In this document: positions 23,820-35,265 of the stretch, piece after piece
How the letters are laid out: every line of letters starts with the position of its first letter
How positions within the stretch are numbered: position 1 is the stretch's first letter
Source of the DNA: Craspedostauros australis
Lineage: Eukaryota
NCBI GenBank assembly: GCA_030167865.1
Contig: JALAGF010002968.1
Span: 1-64,000 of the forward strand
DNA: 64,000 nucleotides
Reading direction: 5' to 3'
Notes under the pieces: generated by a model
What the model was told of the DNA's origin: nothing
Seen by the model: the letters and a program-made list of their open reading frames with translations, nothing else
Database searches by the model: none
Translations under genes and position numbers: made by a program

Positions 23820-25245
23820 ATTCTGATTGGCCAGAATCAGCTGGTTGCCACTGACGTGGTTCTTCCTTTCCAACGGAGGATCTAAGTAGATCCATGACAA
23901 ACTGCAACAACGTTAAGCGGAAACGTCAAATCGTCCAGTTGGAAGTGCAACAGTTCCCAAAAATGCAACGTGCGAGCAGAACCAGCGAAGAACCCCGACG
24001 AGGCAACGATCTGCGAGTCATCTCACGTCACGAGAAGGCTTTTCGAGGGACTGGTTTTGACCTTTTGAGTTGGTTGGTGCGACGGTCGGTCTGCAAATGA
24101 CAACGACAGGGAGGCCATTGATTTTGAGCGTTCGTGGAGTTCAGAAGGTCGAACGCGTATCTCTGATTGTCCGTGTCGTGTCCGCAGCATGCCACGTCGG
24201 TCGTGGCTGCAACATCCGTCCAATGATACCACGGCAGCGGACTTCCACCACGGTTTAGCTCAACACGGTTCGTAGAGTTCGCACAGAGGACTTCGTTCGA
24301 ACTGGAAGCTAGTTTCATTTTAAGTAGGCTTACGTAAGAGCACGGATCTCATCGTGCTCTTTCCTCGGCATCACCACACTCTGTTCCACCCACTCCACAC
24401 CATGGCATACCATACCATGTCGTGCCATCCCATGAGATCCCTGTTGCTCTCTACATCATGTACGACCATGTGAAACGAAAGAGAGCCATCACCAACATTC
24501 AACACATGAGTCGCGAGTACGAATACTCCACAATGCACATGCGCGTTCCCTATTGATTGCAAACGCAAAGTAGCAAATTGAAGACAATACGATACGGAGT
24601 TATGGTACTATATCGTACGCCAGAACAGAGGCTCTGTGGTGTACTATATCCCATTTGCTCCAGCCCAGTCCTCAGAATGGCACTTCGTCGATATGCCCAG
24701 CTATCATCTGCCACCATCACGATTCCACCATTCTGTATGATCTGCGTGCAAGAACTCGGATCATCAATCCTCATACCGCGCCGTACATACTCATGCCACA
24801 GCTCATGATGCTCTGGCACCAATCGACCCAGCCTTCCTCTCCACAATCATGAGCAACACTACATTCAACAGTATAGCCTGCTATTGCCTTTCTTCCCAAT
24901 ACCGCATCGTCGCCTCCGATGAGTCAGCAAGGGGCTTCCGAAGTTCCCAGTTTGAGGTTGGTTGTTTGAAGCAGGCAGCTGGGTTGGGACGAGCTCGTCC
25001 AATCATAATGACGTCGCGAATTTCGTCGTAGAATTGAACGTGATTTTCTCAGTAGGCACGACGCTCGCAGATGTCACTGGAGGCCACGTCAACGGGTGTT
25101 CGTACATTTGACAGGAAGCAAAGTTGCTGTTGTGTTGTGCGCACGATTGTGTGTATCGTGTTCGCTGGGATGGTTGGGCGCGTACGAGGTTTGCGCTGCG
25201 TGTGGTCTCGCACGGGCTGTACTATCGATTGTTCGCAACGTCACT
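23820..25245. promoter_or_regulatory. Putative divergent regulatory region with two TGACGT clusters
   Basis: TGACGT/ACGTCA at 23852, 23923, 24025 and at 25009, 25086, 25238. CCAAT/ATTGG at about 23826 and 24999. Lies between the divergent bHLH-PAS genes. Confidence 0.45.
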
Positions 25246-26051
25246 TCGTGTGTGCTCATCTTGCCTGTGGTTGAGGAGACGGCGACGGAGACAACGAAAA
25301 ACGGCTGTTTTGCGGCAACCCGGACAGCTGATGAAAGACACACCTCCACGCGCAACCGCCCACATCACGATCCGCACCATCTGCAGCCATCCTTTGGGTA
25401 TCATCCACATCAACCTGCGCGCGCGTCTTCCGAATAAGAGCTATACCCAACCGACATCATCGGCACGAGAGACAGCTTCCCAGAGAGTCGTTCACATCTC
25501 TTGGCCTCAATTCCAATCATCGCCTGCAGCAGCCGCATCACTGACATCCATCGCAACAGAGGACGCAGTTTCCGGAGCACACAACACCATTCGCTGCTCA
25601 GCAAGAAGGGGGTCGCCTCGGGACAGCAACCGTATCGGCAAAGAGAGAGAGCGTCCATCGTCGTGGAAGTATCCGCACACACTCGTGCTGCATTGCAGAG
25701 AGCACTTGACCACAAGCACAGCAGAGCCCAACAGAATCAGTTTGGCAAACCAGTCCCAGGGCGTCACTCAGTTCAGACAAACAAGGAGGACAAGGAGCGC
25801 GCACCATAGACGAGTTGCGTTTTGAATCAGCAAGACGCGTTGGTGCAATTGGCGCACTCTGCGGATATCCCCACTGACGCACTTTCGACGGATCTGTGAA
25901 GGCCAGCCTTGCTTCAGCGACGAACCTGCAAATCGAAGACCGAGGCAGTTGGACTTGTAGGCATCGGCCTCTCTCTCTCTCTTCTCTGTGCTTCGCGAGA
26001 CGCCACTCTGCAAGGAGAGTCTATACTCGACCCCATATTCGCAGCAAAGAC

Positions 26052-28461
26052 ATGAGCATGAGTGGGACGCATCACCAGAACGCTGCGTCGAGCTTGACAG
26101 GTCACCATCAGGCGCAGCAACAGCATCAACAACAGCAGCAACAGCATGTTCGCATCCAGGGACATGTGCAGATCCAACCTCAGCAGCAGCAGCAGCAACA
26201 GCCACAACAGGTAGCAGGGGCGCCATCAAACGGAGCTGTGCTGGATCTGTCCTCGTTGGAGCATCTGCAAGCGCATGCGGTGCAACTGTCGGCTTCGGCT
26301 GGCCTCACCTCCATGTCCAACGGGGCCAACCCCGCAACAGCGAACGGTGGCGTGCAGTACCAGCAGTCTCCCATTTACCAGCATCATCAACAGCAGCAGC
26401 AACGGCAACAACAGCAGCAGACGAATCTCGGAGCTCCCGCCACGGCCCCAGCGCCTGCCCACCAGACGATCGCGGCACCAGCAATGCACGGTCTCAACCC
26501 ACAGGCCCCTGCTCAGCTCGCACCGCAGCCAATCATCCCGCAAGTCCAGCAGCAGCAGCAACAGCCTCGGCAAGTACAACAATGGAAGGCGCCACCATCA
26601 CAACAACAGCAACAGGTGCAACAACAATCGCTCCTCCCCAAGCACTCCAATGCTGCGGCTGCAGCAGCAGTGGCGGCAGCTGCCGCGGCGAATCCATACT
26701 TGTACCTGCAACCTCAGATGATGGCCGCAGCGGCTGCGGCAGCTGCTGCTGCAGCGAACGGATTGCAACCCATTTCGGCGGCCCCTGCTCAATCACCCTC
26801 CAATGGAAAGCATGCGATCGCCGCCGCTCCTCCGCCCACCACCATTCCAATCGCACCTCCCGCTGCACCTCAGATCCAGGCCGCGCCATCAGCTCCTGGG
26901 ACTGCCGCAACCCAACCGCCGGCCTTCCTCATCCCAAACCCCGTCGTCGGCCAGCCACCAAAGACGAACGCACCGCTTCACTTTGGCAACGCGCCCATAT
27001 TCCCAACAACGGCAGCAGCGGCCGCCGCGGCTGCCTCCATCCTTCCGAACCACCTCGTGCCACATTTCACCTCCATGGTTGCTGCTAATTCGGCCGTGGC
27101 GGCAGCGGCGCAACAGCAAAGAACGACGCCGATCATGCCACAGCCGACTCCAGCCGCGCAAATCAACCACGCCGCAGCGGCGGCGGCAGTTGCGGCGGCT
27201 GCTGCGGGAGCAACAAGCGGAGTCAAACGGCAGGCGAATCTCATTGCGACTGACACCAACAACCCTTCCATCACTCCCACGTCAACCACAACCGATCGCA
27301 CGGGCGGTGCTGCCAATAAGAAGCGACAGTTGGCACCGTCCGTCATTCCGTCCTCCACGAACCATGCCAATGGAACTGGCGCCACGACGACACCATCATC
27401 CCAGCGTGGATCTTCTCCGCACCATACAGCGCAGACACCACAAGAGCACCATCATCAGCAGCACCATCATCTCCACCAACAACTGCCACAAGGCATGGGT
27501 GGCATGGGGATGGTGCCCAATCTGAGCAGAATGGAGTTGGAGAAAATGTCACCCACAGACCGTCGGCGTCACGAGCGCAACCTGCGCGAACAGCAGAGAT
27601 CGTCCAAGATATCCAACCAGATCAACGAACTGCGCGACGTCCTGTCGGAATCGAACGTGCCCTTCAAACCCAACAAGTACTCCATCCTCCTCAGCGTCGT
27701 GGAATACATCAAGCAACTGCAATCGCGAGCGATCATGCTCGATGCAGAACACCAGAAGCTCATCATGACCATCCGCCAAACCAACGAGATGGTCAACGCG
27801 GGTGCGACGCCGAGCTCGGCGGAAGAATCCATCAACACCGCCAGCCGCAACGGCAGCCTACCGCACCAAGGACACGACTCCGACATGCTCTTCGTTCAGG
27901 GTCTGGACTACCAATCCTTGTTCGACCAATGCCCCGCCGCGCTGGGCATCGCCGCCTTGGACGGGCGGATATTGGAGTGCAATCCGGAATTCCAAATCCT
28001 AATGGGCCTCAATCGAGACGATCTCCTCAAGCAGAGTCTCTTCAACCTCGTCAAGCATCATCAGGAAATATTCGGTGCCATGGCAGAAATGCTCAAGAGC
28101 GCCGAAAACGCGAAGAAGCTGGGGCAGTTGATGTTGCAAAATACGGCCGAAACCGTCAAGAGCCGACATTGGAGCGGACCAGTCGTGTCGAAGCGTGATA
28201 AGCAGGTGAGCGGCGCATGTGTGTTGGATGTGCGTATGTATATGCACGGTAGAGCATTGCAGTGTGTACGTTTGGCTTTGAACATGAACTTGCAGAGGAC
28301 CTCTTTCTCACGCACTTGCTTTCTTCGCATCCTTTGATTTGAAATATTCTGCGTCTCCATCAAACCACTTTCATGTGCCACAGTTGCTGATGAACATCAC
28401 GCTCACGCTGGCATCGGATGGCAATCCCAAGTTTTTCAGTTGTGCATTGACTACCGTCTAA
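26052..28461 (+). CDS. bHLH-PAS transcription factor, diatom bHLH1a/1b (RITMO1) class, copy B (2 exons: 26052-28205, 28384-28461; 743 aa)
   Basis: bHLH ERNLREQQRSSKISNQINELRDVL..FKPNKYSILLSVVEYIKQLQSRAIMLDAEH and PAS LDYQSLFDQCPAALGIAALDGRILECNPEF. The intron at 28206-28383 (GTGAGC..CAG) gives LLMNITLTLASDGNPKFFSCALTTV*. Confidence 0.92.
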
Positions 28462-29198
28462 ATGGGTCCGGCACGGATCATGTGGAAGCATGATCAGGCG
28501 CTCCCGTGAGTTGATGAAGCGAATTGTCCGGAGTGGTACACAGAAGCTAGCGACATCCAACGCCCTATAGTACCCACCGAACGCGCTCGGATGGTTCACT
28601 GTGATGGATCGTTGTTGATGGTGCCATACTCGTGCTCCGCCACAAATAACCAGTCCCAATCCAAATGCAGTGCCAACACCATGAAGCAAGTGACGGAAGA
28701 TGATGCACACCACCTCCATTCTTTGGGACTGGCGACAAACAACGATTGCGGAAGGGGGAAAGATCGCAGTACTCGTATGTATGCACCAAATGCACACTTC
28801 CAAATAAACTTGTACCATCCATCTCTCCATGAACATACCACGAGCACATTACTCTATTATACAAATAAAACACGCCTACGTATCTGTACACACCAACCGT
28901 TTCGTAGTCACTTCTCGAATGGGCAAGTGTACTCCAAACAGCATCATCCTCTTGCAACTGGGTCTGAATGCTCGTGTGCCCAAGATCTGCTGAATGCCAT
29001 TCTGCTGCTCGCTTGGTTCCAACGAAGGAGGAAGAATGGCGGGAAATCAGCGGAATCAAGATGGTGGCATGGTGGTGGTATCTTTGGTTGAGAACACCAC
29101 CCGGTCCGCACTTTGCGCCAAAAACAAGCCTGCCACGCCTCAAGCACACAACCATAACCATAACGTTGACTCACTGATTCGCTGCAGGACGAGGACTG

Positions 29199-30531
29199 AT
29201 GGGCGGCACCAGATCCAAACGAGGCGGCAAGAGCAGCAAGTACTATGCCGTGGCTGTCGGGAGGAAGGCCGGGATCTACCGCACCTGGGCTGACTGCCAA
29301 GCGCAAGTCAAAGGGTACTCCAAGGCATGCTTCAAGAGCTTCCCCAGCGAAGCTGGTGCTCAGACTTTCCTCAAGGCCAATGGATCTGTCGCGGCCGCGT
29401 TCACATCAGCAAATGCAAGCATAAGAATAAATGCGGGACAGACTTCGTCAAGAGCTTTTGGGACCCAGCGTGAATCCACTGCAAGTGTCCCCCGAGGCAG
29501 AGGCCAGAACCTCAGTCGAGAGACTGCCGGTACTGCAGATGCCACTACTGCCTCCACAGGAAGTAGAGTTGCGCCATCGTCATCATCGTCGCGATCGAAA
29601 CCATCCGCAGCGTCATACATCGCGGTCTTCGGTCCTGGCGCATCGCTCACCGACAAAGGGTTGCATATTGAAGTATCCTTCGACGGCGGCGCCAGAGGCA
29701 ACCCAGGCATCGCAGGAGCGGGTGCCGAAATCCTCACGCGATACCGCAATTCCCAACACGATCGCACGGTGCAACGATCGAAGATTCACATGCGTCGCTT
29801 CGTCGGCAGATCGTCCACCAACAACGAGGCCGAGTACGCAGGCCTGCTGGCGGGCTTGGCCAAGATCGTGCAGGAAATTCAATCATTTGCAACGTGCCGT
29901 CACCTGTCGTCCAAGCAACTCGATTGCACCGTCGCGGTCAAAGGCGATTCCAACATGATCATCCAACAGCTCTTGGGGAATTACAGATGCAACAGTCCCA
30001 ATCTCAAGCCATTGTACCGCGAGGCGAACAGCCTGATTGCGCAAATCCGATCCATCTCGCAGGCAAAGATCAGCTTCCAGCACGTTTATCGCGATCACAA
30101 CAAGACGGCAGACAGTAAGTGCGACGTTTGCATGAACGAATGGAGCCACGGGCGATTTGTGGTGTGATTTGAGGAGGTGCGCTCCTACTTCATTGCACTG
30201 ATGGCGCTACACCGCCTTACTCGTATGAGAGCGTGCAAGCTAGCGCCGAGCATCACTGCTGTCGCTGTCATCGTTGCCATGCGGACAGCTAGTATTGCCA
30301 TCATCCAATACCCTCACATGATTTGCTCGTCGTGCGTCCAACCCCATCCCAACATCTCTGCTTCCTTCCGTGGTTTCCGTTCTTGAAGGACTGGCCAACG
30401 AGGCAATGGACTCTCAACGTAGCTGGGTTTCGCACTTTGGCGAGGACGGCAACGAAGTTGATGGCGATGCAACACAGGAACGCTTTGAGAAGAACACTGT
30501 GGAAAATGCCAAAGAAGAATTCTCGTTCTAG
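29199..30531 (+). CDS. Ribonuclease H1: N-terminal hybrid-binding (Cauli_VI) domain plus archaeal/plant-type RNase HI domain (2 exons: 29199-30114, 30389-30531; 352 aa)
   Basis: HBD KYYAVAVGRKAGIYRTWADCQAQVKGYSKACFKSF. Catalytic motifs FDGGARGNPG, TNNEAEY, KGDS and HVYRDHNKTAD. The phase-1 intron 30115-30388 (GTAAGT..AAG) completes ADRLANEAMD. Confidence 0.9.
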
Positions 30532-31248
30532 AAAATAATGAAGAGTGCGATTACGGGTATGCTTGTCGAGCAATGAAGTCGTTCCTTCGTTGTACCATCT
30601 GCCTCCAGCACCGCCTTCTTGCAACATCAGCAATCAACATTTCGAACGAGCGACAAGACAAACCAATGAAACAGATAGATACAGCAAGATCGACGTCGGC
30701 GAGCGGGTATGCTGGTGTTTTTGAAGTCTTCTTCACCGGTGTGTTTACTGTACTTAATATTGTTGCGTCACGCTACGAACAATTACTAGACGTCGGTCAA
30801 CAACTATAACATGAATTTGGATTGAATGTGCGGACGGCGGCATGTGCTCCTGATTGCCTGGATCTCCATGCACGCGCGCACGCCTGGGTGCCCAATCTCA
30901 ATACTTTTTCTCTTCTTCCCCTGCACACATGCAGTATTATGCATTCGAGTATGGTATACTCCAAGTGCTTCCCACTCTACTGCTGCTGCTTCAGCTGCAG
31001 CTCTTGCGCTTCGACTTGGTGGCATGCAGGATCATGCCAACATGGAATTGAAGCGCAGCGTTCTAACGCATTGCATGGCTGTGCCTATGCATGCACATGT
31101 GTGTGTGTGTGTATTGATGTGGTCAACGTTTGATCGCTGGTGCTTGCTCCCCAGTCACCAACTATCCCCAGTCCGTGGACGACGCATAGCACCAGCCACC
31201 ACTATCACTTCGGAGCAACCGCTCGGAACGAGATCCGCACAGAACGAA

Positions 31249-34200
31249 TCAGGCAGCGATGCCAGTGTCATCGCCGAAGCAGCTGTAGCACATCTTGGCG
31301 CTGCCGTTGGATCGGTGCTGTGCTCTGATGACCGAGCAGTGTCTTCTGTACAGCATCTGGAGACCTGGCAGCCCGAGGCTGCGTTCAAATTCCGAAGGAG
31401 GGGCAGGGCTGGCGTACACAACCGGTGAGGGGCTCGGCATTGCGCCGTCGGCAGCCGAAGATGCTTTCGCTGCGGGTGCGTCATGCTTCTTGATGTACCG
31501 GCCACCATGATGCCGGCCTTCGACAGCCTTCTTCATGGGTCTGACGCCGCTGTTAACAGGATGGCTGTGCGGGCAGACATCGCCGAAGGGACAGCCGCGC
31601 GATCGAGAGTGCGATGCGGTTGAGCAAAGCTTCGTCTTGTATCGTCGTGGCGAGTACAAGATCTCCTCCGAGGAATGGGCCTTGGTGCACTGCGCACCCA
31701 GAGGGCATTCGTTAAGGATGAAGGAGTCTCGGCCTCCGCGCCTGTCCGTTGCAGCAGAGCACACGGTGACATGCTGGCACATCTCGCTGTCGTAGTGCAC
31801 CTTGCGAGGGTCTCTGCGGAGCCAACCGTCGTTGATCTCGACGTGGGCGAAGCCGCACAGCTCGTGGTTGTGATCGTAGCGCTTCGAGCACCACGTGGTG
31901 CGGAAGCTGCAGAGATCGGCCATGGTCATCTGCCCCAGAGCATCGTCCTTGCGTGTGGCGTCAAAGCCCGCGATGTCGCCGCCGTCGGCGATACCGGAGA
32001 CGGGGATGCCGACTGCGCTCCACGGGAACTGTTCACGTGTCGGGTGACCTCCGAAGAAGGCCTTCCATTCCTCACCAGAGAGCTGCAAATGCGAAGCGTT
32101 CGCGGTGTCGCGAATGAATTCGTTATGGCAACGAAATACGTCTTCGGCGGATCGCACGTTCTCGTTGAAACAAAGCAGTACGGCCCGCTTGGGTCCTTCT
32201 GCGGCAGCTGGGTGGTCCGATTCGGGAGCGTTGTCCTTGCTGGAGGAGGCGTCGTTGTTTGCGGCGCCCGATGCACCTGTGAGGCGTGGTGATGACTTGG
32301 GGGTGGGAGGTTTCTGACCTCTGTCTTCGGCATCCTGCCTCGATGCCTCGATGACCTCGTGCTTGTTGACGACGAGGTTGTTCCATGGAGATGGCAGCTG
32401 GAGGAGCAATGCGGAATCATCCGTGGCCTTCGGCGTGAAGGAGTCACGGAAGGTGTCGCCGTTCTCCTCGGTGCCATCCGATCGTGGGATGATGTAGTGG
32501 AAGCAAGAGTTGAGAATGATCTGCATGCAGCGGTTCACCTTGGTTCGTGTGATCGTTCGGTTGTCTATCTTCTGCGCGACGCATGCGTGGACGCCTGATT
32601 GGAGCTGCTGGCGGGAGAAGTAGCCAAACTCGTTGGCAAGCTCCCGTCCCACCAACCATGTCACCAAGGCGACCGCTCTCGATGTGCCCGGTTCGTACAG
32701 GCAGGCCTTCTTGCGCAGCAACGTCTTCAGTATCTCCGAAGACGAGCGGTGGGCACCAGACATGCCTCCGTGATGTGGACTGCCTGGCGATTGGCCCATG
32801 CCGCTGAAGTGGCGGCCCGAGTGCGCGGGTGGCTGACCTCTCGCTCCGCGTCCATTTCTGGGAGGTGTCAGGCTTCGGCTGCGACTTTTGAGATGCGGGG
32901 AGGTGTTGTGGGGATGCCGCTTGTGCTGTGGCGAATGCACATGCGATGCGAAGTGGCCCGCGTGAGCACCAGAACGAGTTTCGCTCATCGTCGCGATTCC
33001 ACGACTGGCGGTGCCGTGATGTGCCCCACCGGCTCCCACTGGTGTAGCCGCAGCGTACTGCAGGTGTGGGTGTGGATGCTGTTGGTGTTGATGTTTGTGT
33101 TGCTGCTGTTGATGTTGATGAGACAGCTGGATATGATTTGCCCACGTTGGGGTTGCCGTTCTTCGCTGGTGCGGGTTTGGGCCGATGGCCTGAGGTTGAA
33201 ACGCCCCCTGTCGCGCCCGTTGTGGCGGCAACGGAGGAGTTTGAGATGATGCCATGTGAAGGCCTCCGTCGTTGCGGAAGCTTGCCACACGTTGATGGGA
33301 AGTTGTAGCGGCGCCCGGAGCACCGTGCAAAGCCTGAGGCTGGAGCTTCCACGCTGGTCCCGTGAGTTGCATGTCATCTCCCCACGATCCGATCCTCCTG
33401 TGGCCGGGGCCCGACGGTGCGGAAAGGAGAGTCGATAGCATCGATGGAAAGTCCTCCATCTTGATGTCCGCCCCCAATGACGCTTCATCGGTGGACGGTG
33501 CTGTCGAGACTGTGGATGGCGTTCCCATCATGGGCACCTGCGTGGTCGCATTGCTGTTGTCCGCGCCATCCTCCGTTTCAAGGTCAGTCTCGTCATCTTC
33601 ATGCAGAGTGCGACCACTCGCAGCAGCTCTGTTTGATCCTCTCGTAGGAATGGGACGTGTAACATTACCCCGGCGGTCTCCACCTGGTGCGCCTGCCCTG
33701 GCACCACCGATGACGCTCATGGTGGCGTTGGCTGCGAGGTCCGATTGCGGTGCTTGCTTCGTTTCGTTGAGCGCAATGCTGTCCAACGATGACATCGGTG
33801 GTGACGATGCTCTTGCGCTTACTCCAACTCCCACTGCTGCCGTGGTTGCTGCTGTTGCGGTCTTGTGATTGATGTTTGCACTGTCGTGCGTGATGGGTGG
33901 CGTGACTGTTGCTGTTGCCGTGATGTGTCTGGGAACGGTGCGCTGGCGTTGCGACAACGGGCTATATCGTGAATCGTGGCTGCCCATGGCTGCTTGCGTA
34001 CCAGTGCGATGGGATCGATGTGGGTGAGCTTCCGGCTTTTGCTGGTCCTCTGCTCGTTCCTGGTCGTACTGTTCTTGTCGCAGTGTCTCGTTGTGATTTG
34101 GCAACACAGCAAAGTCGTTAACGGACCTGGACGGTCTCAGCGCGATGTCCGCGGCAGTTGTCTGCGACGAAAACGGGTCGATTTGTGCAGGTCTGACACT

Positions 34201-34276
34201 GGTTCTGTGGACGCTGAGCAAACTTGACGATGGCAGCAGGAAAGCGTTGTGCTGTGGCTGTCTCAGTTGTTGCAGT

Positions 34277-34314
<38 letters not shown>

Positions 34315-35265
34315 GGGTTGGGGTTGTTGAGATTGAAACTGGAGTGGCAATGTGTCAGAACTGTTGACTGAGAATGGCTTCGTGTCAGTTTCTGTGTTTG
34401 TGGCTGTGTCTGTGTCTGTATTGAAGAGTATGCTTTGATTTGTGTTCCACACAAGAGGTTGTTCTCGATCGCGGTGATCAGAACCAAAATGAAGTGAAGA
34501 GAAGGGTCCGGTCGGCAGTATTGATGATGTTGTTGCTGGTGCTGGTGCTGTTCTCTGTGTTGTTGTGGCAAATTGTGGATGATTCTGTTCCGGAGCAAGT
34601 TCTGTGATTGCGCCAGGCGTGGCCGTGGAAAAGCCGCGCACACACGATTGGATGCTGGTTCCGCTTCGATTTTCTTCGGCTGTTGGTGGGTAATTTCTGA
34701 CACCACCTGTCTTGCTCTCGTTTTGCCCCTGTTGTTGCTGGCTGGTGATTTTCGAGCCTCCACCTGTCGTGGATTGTGCTGTCGATCCCAGAGACGAAGC
34801 CCAGGTTTGGTTTCGTGTTTGGGTTTCCGTGTCCAAACTGATGGCGTGAGTGTGATTGTTATCGATTGGGGCTTGGTGTTGTCGTGTTTGCGATTGTTGT
34901 GGATAGGTCAGGTTTTGTTGCAGCTCCTGATGGTCTGGTGTTTGAAAGTTCCGTTTTTGATGTTGTGGCGACTGTGGTGGTGGAGGAGATGATGACTGGA
35001 ACATGAATGAGGATGTTTGCGAAGGCAACGATGACACATCCCCGACACGGCCATCAAGTTGACCGTCGCCGAAGGAGGAGGAAAGAACCGTGCTTCGTTC
35101 TTCTTCTTTGTTGATGTCTTCTTGTCGATGTCTCGTTTTGAGTCGGTGATTCATCATCCGTGTTGGATCGTGGGCACAGTCCTTCGATTCTGATTGGTGC
35201 AGAGGCCACGATTTGGGAATGGTTTCTTTGGACAACGGGACTGCGTCGAGTTTCATCGAGACCAT
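31249..35265 (-). CDS. Large protein with C-terminal Unkempt/TZF-like CCCH zinc-finger array and long disordered N-terminus (about 1338 aa)
   Basis: FRTTWCSKRYDHNHELCGFAH..RRDP..Y...C..CPLGAQCTKAHSSEEILYSPRRYKTKLC..CPFGDVCPHSH. Uninterrupted 4-kb ORF; first ATG at 35265, true start uncertain. Confidence 0.85.

Noticed and set aside
25124-25825. 233-aa ORF upstream of bHLH-PAS copy B
   Set aside because: Non-ATG start, no codon bias or domain; more likely promoter or 5' leader sequence.
29199-30531. Retrotransposon remnant suggested by the RNase H domain
   Set aside because: No RT, integrase, gag or LTRs nearby; intact HBD fusion and a spliceosomal intron indicate a host gene.
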